A stretch of 60,000 nt of DNA. Source: Lytechinus pictus (lineage: Eukaryota). Each line of letters opens with the position of its first letter. Positions within the stretch are counted from its first letter, which is position 1. Below are positions 13,415 to 29,100 of this stretch, one piece after another. The DNA lies in NCBI RefSeq assembly GCF_037042905.1, contig NC_087251.1:19098001-19158000 (forward strand), written 5' to 3'. A program made the translations under genes and the position numbers. The notes under the pieces were generated by a model that was given only the letters and a program-made list of their open reading frames with translations, had not been told where the DNA came from and did no database searches.

Positions 13415-14144
13415 TTAAAGGCTTAAACTAAGTAAGTATACTTTGCGCACCGATAATCATACTCGGTTGGTATAGAATGAATTTCTGTTCCACAATTATT
13501 GTGTAGGCATCTACTAATTTTCTGTTGAGACCTGTCAGTTCTGATATTATGCCAATTAACAAACACCCTGTAAAACCCCCTTTTTAAAATCATATTTTAT
13601 TTCTTCCTCATTATACATAACGTGTGAAAATAATGTATAACAAAAAATCATTCACATATACTAAAACAATTTAAAATGATTATTCCAAAAGTAAACTAAA
13701 AATCAATCTGTAATTATGTCTGCATTAGTTTATAATCACAATGGAATAGTAATACAAAATAAAATCTTTTACAAATTTAATATCTCTGAATATAATTATT
13801 AAGGACAAACACACTTATAATCTATAGATATATTTCAAGTTGAACATGATTTGTTTTAATTTACCATACCATTAAATCAAAATTTGAGGAAGTTATAATA
13901 AAAAAAAAAAACACACACAGACACTTCCATATACGATAGTTCGTTCTTGTTTGGTATCAGTCTGGTATCGTTCACCTAGTGTGACGAGGACTGCGTCTCG
14001 CCGCAAAGAATAAGACAAATTAATTTATTGCTATTGAGCAGATCGCTTCGAGAGTTGATCCAGCGAATCACATAAACATTAGTTTCGCTGTCGTGTAATT
14101 GATTTTTGTGGTCAACTCAGTTAAAATAAAGACATTAATTAGAG

Positions 14145-14199
14145 ATGGCTTCTCTCTGGCTGTGGATTCTTATGTCGGCTATTTCAATAGTAAACGGAG
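14145..14199 (+). CDS. PLB1: PLB1-like paralog B exon 1 (signal peptide)
   Basis: gagATGG start; MASLWLWILMSAISIVNG; phase-1 donor G|GTAGGT. Confidence 0.8.
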
Positions 14200-17100
14200 G
14201 TAGGTAATATCCTTCGATAACTTATTCATTATTCTTTTGTACGTACATAGTTTGCTTACCACGATTTTATTATTATGGTTAATCAGGGAGAATCAATCAC
14301 TATATACACATATTCGCCTGGTTAATTGCGATGACAATTTTCCCTGACTGTAATCAAAGACTTGATAAACAAATAATCATAAGTATCCCTGATCATGATC
14401 TTGTTATTCGACATTATGTTTTGGAGGTATAATGCTAGTAAATTTATTTGTTTTGATTTGAGTGAATTCTGTTCCAGGGTTGAAGTCATCATTGGTTATA
14501 TTATACGATATTACGTCGCTTATCAGTTTAACAGTGGGATAAACAATGACATGTGAACATTATTACCATAATAATAATGATGTGTTTGAACACTTGTGTG
14601 ACTTATTTGTTGTACTATCATGTATAGGAATAATAATTGCATTTTCAGGGGAAAAAAGGTGAAAAAGCGTGGCTGAGTACGTATTGAAGAAGAAGAAAAA
14701 GAAGAAAAAGAAGGAGGAGAAGCAGAAGAAGAAGAAGACGAAGAAGAAGAAAAATAATAATAAGAAGAAGAAGAAGGAGGAGGAGGAGGAATAGAAGCTT
14801 ATGCATCAGAAGGTCCGGTTTTATATTCATATTATCGCACGTATATTAATAGTTAAGCTTAAGGTGATATAACATATTTATTTGAAATTATAATATAATT
14901 TGATATTAGCTGAACGAAAAATTGAGATGATACCAAGAGCAAAATTTAATAATTGAAAATAATCGTCAACTCAATGTGAGCAATCTGATAAACTGAAGGA
15001 GACAGCAGTTGATCGAGAATTTTGTAAATGTAGGGGTACCTTTTCAATTTCGTTTGACAAATATTTGAAAATGAACTCGTCATTTTTGCTAAAATACCAA
15101 TCAAAGAAAAGAAAACAACAAGAAGAAATGAAAGCTTCAGATGTTTAAATAAACGAGCGGGGATCCACATCACCCAGTACACTTTCTTCCATAGAAAACA
15201 CATAAGCATCACAAGGAGCAGGGGCCTTCCCCCAGCATGGAATTGGCTTCAATTTGCCTAACTAGCAACACACACACTATACGAATACCTACCATGAATT
15301 ATGATTATAGCTGTGGAATAATATCAGAACTAATAATAAATGTTGTTAATTGAACCTAAAGAATTTATGTACATTTCCATTTGCGTCAGGTTACACTTTC
15401 GTTTTTTGTTTACATTTTTTTCTCCATCCCCTCAAAAGATATCGAAGATGATTTTCGGGGACTTTATGAAGTATATGACGACTATCATCTCTTTCTCGGG
15501 CATGTCAGTGAAACCACGCGGGATGACATTGAATCGGTAAGGTCATAGCTTTAACCTCTTACAGAAATGTTTTTTTTTTTTCATTAATGCCCCTTCCAAT
15601 GGCATTCACCAGTAAGAGGAATTATGATTTTACCTCAACATACATATTTATAAAACTATTTGAAATGTATCTGTAGTCATTAAATTGGATGTTTTGATAA
15701 ATGTTTATATAGGAAAGAAAAACCATCTCTCCCCCATTTTATCTTTTTGTGCTTGTCATTTTTTTTGTTTGAAGACAATTAGATAACTTCATGCCAACGA
15801 AAACTTTAGCGGCCCCAAAGAGGTTTCCCAAACAATACTTACTAGGCCTACTGATAAATGGGGGGGGGGGGGGGGGGTTCTGCCCCCTCCCTTTGATAAA
15901 ATCCTGGATCGGCCAGTCAGCTGTAGATCTGAATATTGTTTTAACTTAAGGGTACCAATCATCTCACTGAAATTGAAGGCTGGTTTGTTTAAAAATTTGG
16001 GAATTTAACATGAGATCTTTCTGCATAATTATGAAAAGTTTTCAAATTATAATCATCATGTCACGCGTAAAATGGAATCCACGTCATCTGGTTCCACCTC
16101 TGTTGATTCTTGTCAAATTGTATTAAATCTTTTTTTAAATGACTTAGTGATAGACATGATTTGTCAAAATAATGCAACGTATTGTAATCTGTAGAGCCTA
16201 ATGTCCCCAAAATAGAACATTAATGGAGGACGTTGTACATGTATACTATATAACATATTTTCATTCTGATTGCCGAAATCAACATTACAGAATCTTAATC
16301 TGAGGAGGGTGATTGATCGAAATATCTTTAGTGATATGATAAGAACAAGTTCAAGACCTAATCAAGTTCACCTGACATAATTATTGAGTGTTTCTAAATT
16401 TGTTTAACGGTTGTGTGATTATAATTATCTCACACTGATAAGTTTAAAGTATGAAACAATGGGCAATTTCAAGTTCGGTGTTGACCTTTTGATGCTGACG
16501 TTAGACCAATCTTTTACATCAGTACAGCACTAAATGAAGTAGGTAAAAATTTAATGTTAAATCCTACTAAATCTCCAACTATCAATAAATGATTTGGATC
16601 ATTTTTTAACTCTCATGGTGCTTGAACTATGGAAGACACTATATGAATAATAACACCGGACTTAAACTTATTGATAGCTTCGTACAAATTGCCTCGAATT
16701 ATATAATAACGTTTTTTCCCGTCACTTTCACCAACGGTATGAGGAAAATGTATGAAACTGTATGAGGAAAGTGTACTGCCATTTGCCATGTTTGCGTTCA
16801 TAATGTATTTCGCCGAAGAAATACCACAAAAAAGGCCTTCATAAATAATGCTATATATTTATGTTCGTCTTCGTTTTTGCATTTTGTGATTAGGGTCTTT
16901 AAAGTAAATGAAAACAAATTTGATGGGTGAGATTGGGTGAGATTACGATATAACTTTGACAAGTTGACAATCTAGGGCATCAGCCGCCTATCAATGAACA
17001 AACATACAAAGATCAAACCTAAAAATATACAATCAGTTCAAGAAGGAATATACAAAATGAGAATCGATATAATAATGAGAAGACGAAGATGGTAATTATG

Positions 17101-20100
17101 ATAATATTGATAATGATGATAATGATAATAACAACAACAACAATATTAATAATAATAATAATTATAATACTAATGATGATGATAATAATAATAATAATAA
17201 TGATAATCAACATCATCATCATAATTACAATAAAAAAAAACATATTATGCTCCATATAACGATATACTGTTTATGCAAACAATGAAAGCAAAGCTTTGTA
17301 ATAAACATAATAAATCAGGCAGCAAAGCCAATAATGCATAAGTTTTCAATGCAAAACTTTCCTGTACGACTTTCTTACTGTTTTTTTCTTCACAATTAGC
17401 TCACGTGATACTTGTTTGTACACACAGGGGTACTGATTAATATGTTTGATATGTGATTTAATTACATAACATGTCAATTAAATCACCAGAAAAACAATTC
17501 TGACAGAGGACACAATCATAAATCTTTACTTTTTCTTTTCCAGTGTTTTCCCCGAAATCAAAGTCTAATAATCGCTCGCATAACCACCTTGTTTTAGATT
17601 TTAAATAGTGTAAACTTTATATTTCAATAAACATGATGAACATTTCTTTTTAAAACAATCATCTTTTATTTCAACCACCCTCGATCTAGCTCTATTTCCT
17701 CTTTACCAGAAACCTCTAGCTCATCCTCTATTGTAAATATGTTTTGGTCGGTTCAGGATAATGAATAAAGAGCCAGTACATTCATATGGATTTTCTATGT
17801 AAAAATATGATAACGTTAAAATAAACTGGAAAAGAGAATTGAATTTAAAAAAAAGAAACATCCTAACATCAGTAATAATATTTGATCTGAATATAGATTT
17901 TTTTTAAACATCTGTTTATTTTGTATGTCTTTACTGTTGTTCACTGACTCGTCTGTTAAAAATTAAACAAAAAAATTAAACTGAAACCAGGTGCAGTATA
18001 TCAGTTAACATTTTTCATGAATAAAAATATCTTCGTAAACACTTAAAAAGTGTCCTTCAGTTATAAAAAGACCCAAAAACATTATGCACTTGAGCCTATG
18101 ATATACATAACCTTATTTTTTCTTCACGATAAGGGAAGAGACAGGAGCACTTGAGCTGATATTATTGTTAGTAGTTGTTTCAAAAGCTATTACTTATGCC
18201 TATTATTCGACGTATTCTGAACGTCATTAGTTTCTAGAGTGAATCGAAACATTTATCGTCATCGTTTAGTATAAACATGTCAAGCGTGCCACCTTTCGAA
18301 AGTTGGTGAGAGATAATTCGGAAAACATCCAATCTCGAGTTCAATTCGAAAAACCCTTAAGATTAATATTTAAGACAAGAAGATGGGTATGTTTTTGAAG
18401 AAAATGGACAAATATCTAGAATACCCGAGGAAATACCCCACGTAAATAGGATATTATTTAACTACAAAAGGCGTGTATAGGAGCTTCGAAACCATGAGGT
18501 CGCACTCGAATATATACAGCAATATAGTTGAGAGCTACTCCCACTCCACCCCTTTATGTTCTGGATGAAAGCTGTTGATATGTCAGGTGAATCTTCCCGA
18601 TATCAATCTTTTAGTTAGGGATAGTTAGTTTGTTGTTTTCTTCCGACGAGACATCAACATTCTTTTTAATGTCGATTAATTTTACTGTTCCTCAACATCA
18701 TAAAAGGTGAACATTGTACGCGACGTGAATAATGTCAATAATCACACTTGCGAGAAGTACTCCAGCGATATATACTCTGACGACAAACAAACTACTGGAC
18801 TACGAGTCCAACGACTATTTCTACAAACACATTATCTGTTTTTTTTCTTTTTTAAAGTTTAATGTCCGAGAAGTACGCCGGAGCTATACGGTCGGATCAA
18901 AGGAATTGTTAATGAGATTCACTGGTCAGAGCATTCTTGGATCGAGTGCAATCGTGTAACAATTCCAGAATAAATCGTCGCTAGATAATTCCTCGGTGAC
19001 CTGTCGAACAATTTATTGTCGTCGTTGCAGTGTGACTGAAGTATCAAAATAAACAATATTCTGCTATGATTGATACATCGAGTGATAAGTAAACAGGAGG
19101 GAGTTATATATAGCATTTTCAATATTTTGGACTTTGGTAGCAACACCCCCAAAACACCTCCAGCATGTCCTGAACACCCGGTACCGAGTTACAATCTTCT
19201 CCCCTTTTCTTGCTATTTGTATTTATCATTAATCGGTTCCTAAGGTTAGCTAATATATGCATTGCTATTTTTCGATGATCTGTCACCTGAAGGGTCTGGG
19301 CTTGATACCCAACAATATGGAGGGCTTAGAAAGCACTGAATTGTCACAATTAATAATTATTACAGGTCAACTTTTTAGTGTTATATACTTGTTGGATTTT
19401 TCTCTTTTTATGGGATGGACTTGTCCTTTAACGGGTAATTCGTGGAATCTTATGAGACGAACAAACTTCGTAATCGTGTCTCTTAAATTTAACATGTCAC
19501 GAAGGAGTTATCTTTGCAGAACTATATGAACACGTAAATGGAATGAAATAAAAGTAAATTGAGTGGTAGATATCACATGACAAAGCGAAGCTAATTCAAC
19601 AGATACAGACAATACTGACCTTAAAAAAAGATAGAATTTGATTTCATTAAACTTTCGGATATCTTAAATATTGGCTGTCGAATTCAAAGATTATGGTAAA
19701 TTTCATATTTCTGTGTGGGGTGGAGTAGGTTTGCGGTGTTCATCTCACAGCTAATAGTGCTTATAATATTGATTCATTATCATAATACAAACTTGAACTT
19801 ACAATTTAATAACGTTCCCAGTAACATGTCATGTCATGTCATGTCCTTCCTGTTGATTCTGTTGACTTTCAGGTAGGAATGGAATTCAACTGTCACTCTT
19901 CTGTTTCACCAGAGAAACCTACATCAGGTTTGTTTTATTAAATATTTAAAATAAAACTAAGAAGTTCGGGCTCATTCTGCTTCACTATGAAAATGGGGCA
20001 TAGACAGGTTGCTACCCTTTAATAACTGAAATACCAAATAATTTTTCTGCATGATCAATGATGTTACAATTCAGAAATATTAAAGGGGGTTCTCTGGACT

Positions 20101-23100
20101 GAAAAATCTATATCTAAATAAATAGAGTATAATTTCCCGAGCAAAATGCTGAAAATTCCATCAAAATCCGATAAAAAATAACGAAATTATTAAACTTTAA
20201 AATTTGGCAATATTTTATGAAAACAGTTATGCATATCGTCATGAATATTGATTTCCCTTTTCTCATGTTATGTTATTATATGAAATCACAATTATTTTCT
20301 TCTTCATACAGGTGTGAATGATAATGTCTCCCTTATGATGAAAACGGTTGCATCAATGAATATCTATTACATGAAATCAGTTGTCAATTCAACTTTGTTA
20401 GTTCTGGGGAAAAACTTTGAATAAACGTTATCTCTTATAATAAAATACAAAATAACAAGTGGGGATATGACATCATCGGTTTGCTCATTGAATATTCATG
20501 AAGACATGTATAGTACTTCACTGAAGTAATGCAAATTTTTAAAATGTCACAACTTTGTTATTCCTTGTCTGATTTTGATCAAATTTTTAGTATTTTGTTT
20601 GAATAATTTTTCTTTATCTGTTCAAATCATTATCATTTTCAGCCTGGAGTACCCCTTTAAGTTATCCTCTTTTTTTTAAATATCATATTCAATTAGTTTT
20701 TTCTTATATATATACACTGAACTAACATGTGCAACATGTGATCAGATTGTTGTTTTAGTGATTTTGTATTGTTAGAAAAATAAATTTGTATTTTATTGTT
20801 ATTGTGTAAATAAATAAGATGTTTATGTCTCGTTTGATACAGTTCACAAGCTCCGACCGGGTGATATTAATGTGGTAGCTGGTATAGGAGATTCTCTTTC
20901 AGTAAGTATATTTAGATAATCATTCAAGTGTACTAATCATGCTAATCACACATTGCTGCTTACATAGATTATTTATGAAACAATACGATAATCAAAAATA
21001 CAAATCATCGTGATGTTCTTTATGATGATGGTAGTGATGATGATGACGACGTCAATGACGACGACGACGACGATGATGATGATGATGGTGATGATGTTGA
21101 TGACGGCGACGACGACGATGATGATAAAGAAGTTGATTTGATAATCATGATGACGATGGTAATGACAGCGGCGACTACGGCCGACGATGACAACGATGAT
21201 GGGTATGATAATGATGAAACGGCTAATGATGATGATGATGATGGTAGTGGTGGTAATGATAACAACGACCAAAACGATGGCGACGGCAACGATGATGATG
21301 ATGATGATAATAATGATTATGACGATGATAATTATGATGATGATGATAATGATGATGATGACGTTTGATAGATACATATCTTGTGTTTTATTTCAGACTG
21401 CATATGCCGCTGGAGCTCCTATATTTTTACCTGTGATGCTTAACTACTGGGGTGTATCAGCGAGGTAGGCCTTTACGTCAACTATCATTTTTTTTGGAAT
21501 TCTTAATGTAAATAAATCATGTTGTTAAGATGATGAAATACGAGAATTTGAAAATTTCTTCCGAATGGTCAATTGAAAGTGAGATTGTTTGTTTATGACT
21601 TATAGTAAAAAAAAAGGGGAAACTTCTGTATTTCGCAACTATCACAACAGTGAACGCAAACGGAAGAAAAATAAAACATCTTTTTTTGTGTGAGGTAGCC
21701 TATTAAAAAAATGGGTTAACATGATTTGATAACTCAGAATAAATGTGGAATTTAACGTTGACATATGCACAGGGACTTTATTTTAATTAGAAATAATTGA
21801 AATAGAATTGAAACATAGATTTGAATTAATATGTTGATACTTGCCTGGTATAACATAGGACAAACATTTACTTTTTGTAATTAATTCCCTGTATACCAAG
21901 TTCACACTGTCACGATTGAAACCGTAGTTAAAGTAATCGTATAAGATCGTATCAAATCATTCGTGACAATCGTATTGATCGTAGAATAAAATTGAAAGGT
22001 TAAACAATTTTCGCGAGGACAGTGGGAACGATCGAGGCAAAAGGCGTTTTGTTTTCGACCATTTAAAACTCCAGTCATAATTAAACTCTCTCTCTCTTTC
22101 TCCCAACCTAGCATTGGGGGTGACAAAAGTTTATCTTCCGTTGGAACACTGCCTAGTAAGTAGCCGAGATCACTTCAAATTGTTTGTTCCACATTATTCA
22201 TGTTAAATAAAAGAACTTATGATTCATTTATTTTGCGATGTTATGTAAATCTACGATTTATTGAAATTGTAGGTAATTTTGGTGGATAATAACGACGTGT
22301 GTCAATCTCATGAAGGTCCTGATCGATATTTCATCTATGATATTCTATCACCGTTTGCCACACACACTAAGGTATACCAGTGACGTAAACAAAAAGTTAT
22401 TCTTTCATAGTTCAACATAATAATACGTAACATGCCCGTCGATTTATTTTTCATTTTTGGTCCAACAATCTTGTCTTTTTACCATCCTGCAGTGTCTGTC
22501 CAGGCGGGTGGATCTCCATAATAAATATTAAACAAACGAGACGTCTCTCCAAAATTAGACCATTGTGAAAAGCAAAACAAATATGAGAGAAAAAATCCGA
22601 TTGACCACTTTCTATATAATTCTAATGCCCCCCCTTCGCTCACTATTTTTCTTCTTATTTTCCACTTTATTTGATTGGGGGCACAAGGAAGGCACGTGTG
22701 CTCCCCCCCCCCCGATTATGCCACTGCATTATTGGGTATACCCCAATTCATTCTTCTTTCTCACACAGGCGGTATTTCTTCACTGTCAAATCAACGTACT
22801 CAACATGCTCAAGATTAAACGTTCTTAATTGGGTTTGTTTGTTCTTCATAGATATCCTGAGGAAATATAATCCTGATATTCTTGGTTATTCTACGGGTGA
22901 AGGAATCGTCTTTACTCAACCCAAGTCAAAATCATTCAACCATGCTGTCGTCGGGGCTAAGGCAAAGTAAATTATCATTACTATTATTAGTAGTATTAAT
23001 AATATTATCATTAGTAGTAGTATTATTGATAATACACTCTAAAGAATATTGGGTAAAAGTGCTATATGAGGGTAATTATGTGTCCAACATCGCATTTCTC

Positions 23101-26100
23101 TTTTCTTTCTTCAGGGGTTTACCGAAGCAGGCACGTAAGCTGATCGACGATCTCCGAGCCCATTCCGACGTCGATATGGAGAATGATTGGAAGTTTATTA
23201 CTCTATTCATCGGAGGTAATGATCTCTGTAGCGGATGCAGCAAAGAAACGTCAGAGCCTCAGGAATATTTAGCTTTCATCGATGAAACACTGCGTATCTT
23301 CCATGATGAGGTATATACAGTTGAATTCATTTTGGAAATGGTATGACGCAGTCTTAGGGGGTGTTGCAAGAAAATATTTGCGATCAATTGCAAATTTTAA
23401 ACTGATAGATCAACGTTAGCTGTAGCAAATTAAATTAAACTTCTTGTTTTTAGGAGCAAATTAGCAATCAATCACTAATTTGCAATTAACTGCAAGACAT
23501 ATGATTGATCTAGGGACCAAAAATTGACTTGCAATTGATCGCAAGTTTCTTGCAACACCCCATTAGTCCGATTAAATATTGAATAGAATAATCAAAATGG
23601 TTTACTGCTGCTTAGAAAGAAAAATGAAAGCAAATCCTTCTACATAATTATCATGATTGATGAAATACTAAGCATAAACTATTTGGATATTATGTATGAA
23701 AATAAATCGTCAATGAATCGTCATTTTATTTTTTGTTGACACAGGTCCCGCGAGCAATAGTGAATCTTGTTGGAGTCCTAAACGCCTATATCTTACCGGA
23801 ATTAGACGGTAGTCTTAAATGTAATCTTGTTCATTCGTAAGTATTCTTATGGTCTCAAAACCTCCCTATTCCCCCTTTTAAAATTTAAGAGGATTAGCAA
23901 CTGATAATGAATAAAGATATTTGGATATTACACGGATAAACTGAGTGCACCTAAATAAAATTTTGCTATAAACAGATTAAAAAAAAAAACAATCCAATCA
24001 TTATCAAGTAAACTATATTACAACAGCAAGGACAGCTTTACAAAAGATGTTTGAAATTGTTTTGAAGAAGACCCTATCGTAACAATATAATTTTAATGAA
24101 TTCTTGAAAAAATATAATAGTAGACCGGCCAAAACGATTTTTTATACTTTGGACGGCAAAATTTGTTAATGCTTGCTAATGCTTGGCATCCCAGCTAATA
24201 GTCTTGCAAAAATACCCAGGAATAGCGTACGGCCGGATGCCAAGCGCAATTTTGCGTGAAACTGTCTTTTTTAGCGTAAAATCTGAAAGAATGTCGAAAA
24301 TCACGCATTTTGATATTTTGACGGATTATTTTAATATTTTTGATTATCTTTGATATGCAATTATTTTTATTCAGAGTTTCAAATTATAAGTCTCATGAAT
24401 ATGCATTTCAAATTTGAATATTACACACATACATATGGCACAGGGAAACATAAAACCGCGATTTCCTCCAAATAAAAGTTTGTGAAAACTATCAATAGTT
24501 TAAAGTTTTTTACGCAACTTAAATTCTTCGATTTAAAAGCGTTTCTCAATCGAATGTATAGTAAATGTCCTAATGCCACAAAAAATAAAAGAATTTTCAA
24601 GTAAGATGGAATATATCTCATTTTATGTTATCCGAAAGGAGACAATGTGCATTTTACCAGGCGCGCATTTTGAAAGAAAAATTTAAAATACCGTACATTA
24701 TGTACATAATTACATGTATCAGTACATACTAAAGCGGGTTTTTAATTACATGTATAAGTACATACTAAAGCGAGTTTTTAATTGAATAGCACAATTTGTC
24801 AATTCTTTGCATCCCAGCTCAAATTCTTGCGGAAATACTGAGGAATAACGTACGGGCGGATGCCAAGTGCACTTTTGCGTGAAAGTATCATTTTTTGCGT
24901 GAAATCTAAAAGAATGTCGAAAATCACGCATTTTGATATTTTGACGGATTATCATCATATTTTTGATTATCTTTGATATGGAATTATTTTTATTCAGAGT
25001 TTTAAATTATAAGTCTAGTAAATATGCATTTCAATTTGGAATATTACACACACATAATGGCAATATGAAATATAAAATCGTGATTTACTAAAAATAATAG
25101 TTTGTGAAAACTATCAATAGTATAATGTTTGCGTTCCGCATCTCAATTTCGTCAATTTTAGCGCTAACCGAATAAATACATAATAATTGTTGTCATGGCA
25201 CATATAGTGAAAACAAATGTTGAAATAAGATGCAAGATATATCATTTTATGTTATATGCGAAAGATAACAATGTACATTTATCGGATGCGCATTTCTGAT
25301 AAAATACAAACAGCGCACAATATTACATCTATATTGCACATACTAATATTAATCAGTGCGATACTCGTCATGATAGTATATAGGATTATGTTTACTTTTG
25401 TAGAGTTCGATCTTCTTGCTATTTCCGCGAATTAATTGGTGCTGAACGTAAAATCTACCTGTGGCGATATTCATAAATAGGTCTGATATTTAATTTGCCG
25501 TTACCGTGGTAATATTAATTTTGTAGGAATATCTATATCCAAAATCATAGAAACAGTAGCGTACCTAGGATTTTCCACAGGGGGGGGGGGCAAAACCGTC
25601 GGCCAAAAAATTTGACGAGCAAAAAAAAGTCTTCAAGCTCGTCAGGGGGGGGGGGGGCAAAAAAGGTCTTCAAGCTCGTCGGGGGGGGGGCATGGATACG
25701 TCTTTTGCATGGGTTGGGACTCGTCAGGGGGGGGGGCAGACTGCCCCCTCTGCCCCCCCCCCGTAGGTACGCTAGTGCATAGAAAATAAACATGTATGAA
25801 TAAAACGATCGAATTAGCATTTTTAAACTACTCTGTCAATCTACATTTTACTTCAATTATTGGATTATCAAATTCTAAAAAAATATGGCCGTTGCCACGG
25901 CAATACCTATTTTATGTCTCGCATGCATGCATAGCAGAGCAGGACTAAAGGAGCCGGGGGGGCAGGGGTACATCTCCTGCATGAGTTGTGACTCGTCGGG
26001 GGGCAGTCTGCCCCCCCCCCCCTTTACGCTAGTGGTATATTATCTTGAAAACGGGACACTTTCAGCTCCATGTAATCCTTTCGGACACTATACATGATCG

Positions 26101-29100
26101 ACCTTAGGCAGCGGGGGGGGGGGAGGGGGGGGGGGAGAGGCAGTTGCGGCCAGCAATTTTGTAACTCGTTTTAAGTATGTACTTATTCATGTAATTATGT
26201 TGATAATTTACAGTATCTTCAATTTTACATTAAAAATGCCCCCCCCCCCCATCCCCGCTAAATTTTGCATGCCCCCTTTCGCAAAATATTTCTTCCATCT
26301 TACTTGAAAATTCTTTTAATATTTGTGACATTAGAAACGATCGATATTCAATAGATGAACCAATTTAAATCGAAGAAAATAACTTGTAAAAAAACTTAGA
26401 ACTATTGATAATGTTCACAAACTTCTATTTTGAGTAAATCACGATTTTTAATGTCATATTGCCATATATGTGTGTGTAATATTCCAAATTGAAATGCATA
26501 TTTAGTAGATTTATAATTTGAAATTATGAATAAAAATAATCCCATATCAAAGATAATCAAAAATATGATGATAATCCGTCAAAATATCAAAATGCGTGAT
26601 TTTCGACATTCTTTCAGATTTCACGCAAAAGTGCACTTGGCATCCGCCCGTACGTTATTCCTCAGTATTTCCGCAAGAATTTGAGCTGGGATGCAAAGAA
26701 TTGACAAATTGTGCTATTCAATTAAAAACTCGCTTTAGTATGTACTTATACATGTAATTAAAAACTCGCTTTAGTATGTAGGCCTACTTATACATGTAAT
26801 TATGTACATAACGTACGGTATTTTCAATTTTTCTTTCAAAATGCGCGCCTGGTAAAATGCACATTGTCTCCTTTCGGATAACATAAAATGAGATATATTC
26901 CATCTTACTTGAAAACTCTTTTAATTTTTGTGACATTAGAACATTTACTATACATTCGATTGAGAAACGCTTTTAAATCGAAGAATTTAAGTTGCGTAAG
27001 AAACTTTAAACTATTGATAGTTTTCACAAACTTTTATTTGGAGGAAATCGCGGTTTTATGTTTCCCTGTGCCATATGTGTGTGTGTAATATTCAAATTTG
27101 AAATGCATATTCATGAGACTTATAATTTGAAACTCTGAATAAAAATAATTGCATATCGAAGATAATCAAAAATATTAAAATAATCCGTCAAAATATCAAA
27201 ATGCGTGATTTTCGACATTCTTTCAGATTTTACGCTAAAAATGACAGTTTCACGCAAAATTGCGCTTGGCATCCGCCCGTACGTTATTCCTCAGGACTTC
27301 CGCAAGACTTTTAGCTGGGATGCAAAGAATTGACAAATTGTGCTATCCAATTAAAAACTCGCTTTAGAATGCACTTATACATGTAATTAAAAACTCGCTT
27401 TAGTATATGTACTTATACATGTAATTATGTACATTATGTACGGTATTTTCAATTTTTCTTTCAAAATGCGCACCTGGTAAAATGCACATTGTCTCCTTTC
27501 GGATAACATAAAGTGATATATCTTCCATCTTACTTGAAAATTCTTTTAATATTTGTGACATTAGGACATTTACTATACATTTGATGGATAAACGCAGTTA
27601 AATCGAAGAATTTAAGCTGCGTAAATAAACTTCAAACTATTGATAGTTTTCACAAACTTTTATTTTGAGGAAATCGCGGTTTTATGTTTCCCTGTGCTAT
27701 ATGTGTGTGTGTAATATTCAAATTTAAAATGCATATTTATGAGACTTATAATTTGAAACTCTGAATAAAAATAATTTCATATCAAAGATAATTAAAAATA
27801 TGATGATAATCCGTCAAAATATCAAAATGCGTGATTTTCGACATTCTTTCAGTTTTTACGCTAAAAATGACACTTTCACGCAAAATTGCGCTTGGCATCC
27901 GGCCGTACGCTATTCCTTGGTATTTTTGCAAGACTTTTAGCTGGGATGCCAAGCATTAACAAATTTTGCCGTCGAATCCTTATCTAGAGCACTTTTTGGC
28001 TTTTGGCCGGTCTACTATAAGGGGTAAACCAACTTTCCTGCGTTTTTTTGAGAAAATCAAAGTAAAAAATATATATATTTTTTTATTCAAATACACTTAA
28101 CAGTTTTGAATAAAATCACAGTTCCCAAAAAGGTGCAAAATATTTTCAACAGAGAAAAGCATTATTTACATAAATTAGATTCAGACATGATCATATTAAT
28201 GTACATCTTAAAGTATTTGAAAAAAAAATGTAAAAAAGAATGATAATTTACATCCAGATTTGAACCGTTTTCAAAATATTAATAATATTTACATTTTAAC
28301 CTCTACTGCTTTGCTGTAATTATTCATCTATTTCACAAGCAATAAGTAGTCTAAAGTTCGAACTAAATTTGTCTCTTTTGGTACAGAATTGTATGCAGTT
28401 GTTTACACAAAGATGGAGGCAAAGAAGCCATATACGAACGAGCAAAAGAATATCAGGTGAAATTATTTTTGTCATTCGTTCAAAGGTATTTTTGCATTTA
28501 TTAGTTGATAAAATGTTATTCATTCATTCATTATTTTTTATTTATAAATTGGTTAATTCTTTTGTTATTTATTTATAAATTCTTTTTATATATCATTGCA
28601 TCTATGTATTTATCTATTTATTCATCATTTAATTCATCCCGTCACGTTTTGTTTACACTTAATCACATTATGTTTATAAAATGAGTTACACATGTATATC
28701 TTCTGCTAATTATTTAATAAATATATTTTCAGTAAAGTGATTCTATACATATTTGTGGCAGTTCCTAAACTACAAACACCATAATATTGATTTAAACTGA
28801 TTTATCCATATTGTGCTGCGCCCGACCCAGGTGAGGTGAATGGAGTACCCGGTATTCTTCCAGCGCTTGAAGCGGAAGCTCGAACAATAGCCATGCTTGT
28901 CGGGGTAATAAAAGATTGCGCTACATTGATAATTATTATCATTTATAATAATGTTAAAATACGTACAGTCAGTCCGCAAGCCCTGAAAAAGTAGCTTCTT
29001 TTATCCAAGTGATATTCATGACTAGAGGGTTTTTGCATAGTTAATGAGCTTGGTGCGAACCAAAACACCTCTTTTTATTCGGCCATTGCTGCTCTAAATA

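Noticed and set aside
20973..21390. Poly-D/M/I ORFs (acidic biomineralisation-like protein)
   Set aside because: (GAT)n microsatellite inside PLB1 intron 4; exons 4 and 5 join in frame without it.
24421..27088. Duplicated 66-aa ORFs MRYIPSYLK... on opposite strands
   Set aside because: Chance ORFs in the inverted 625-bp units; the frame is not kept in the other units.
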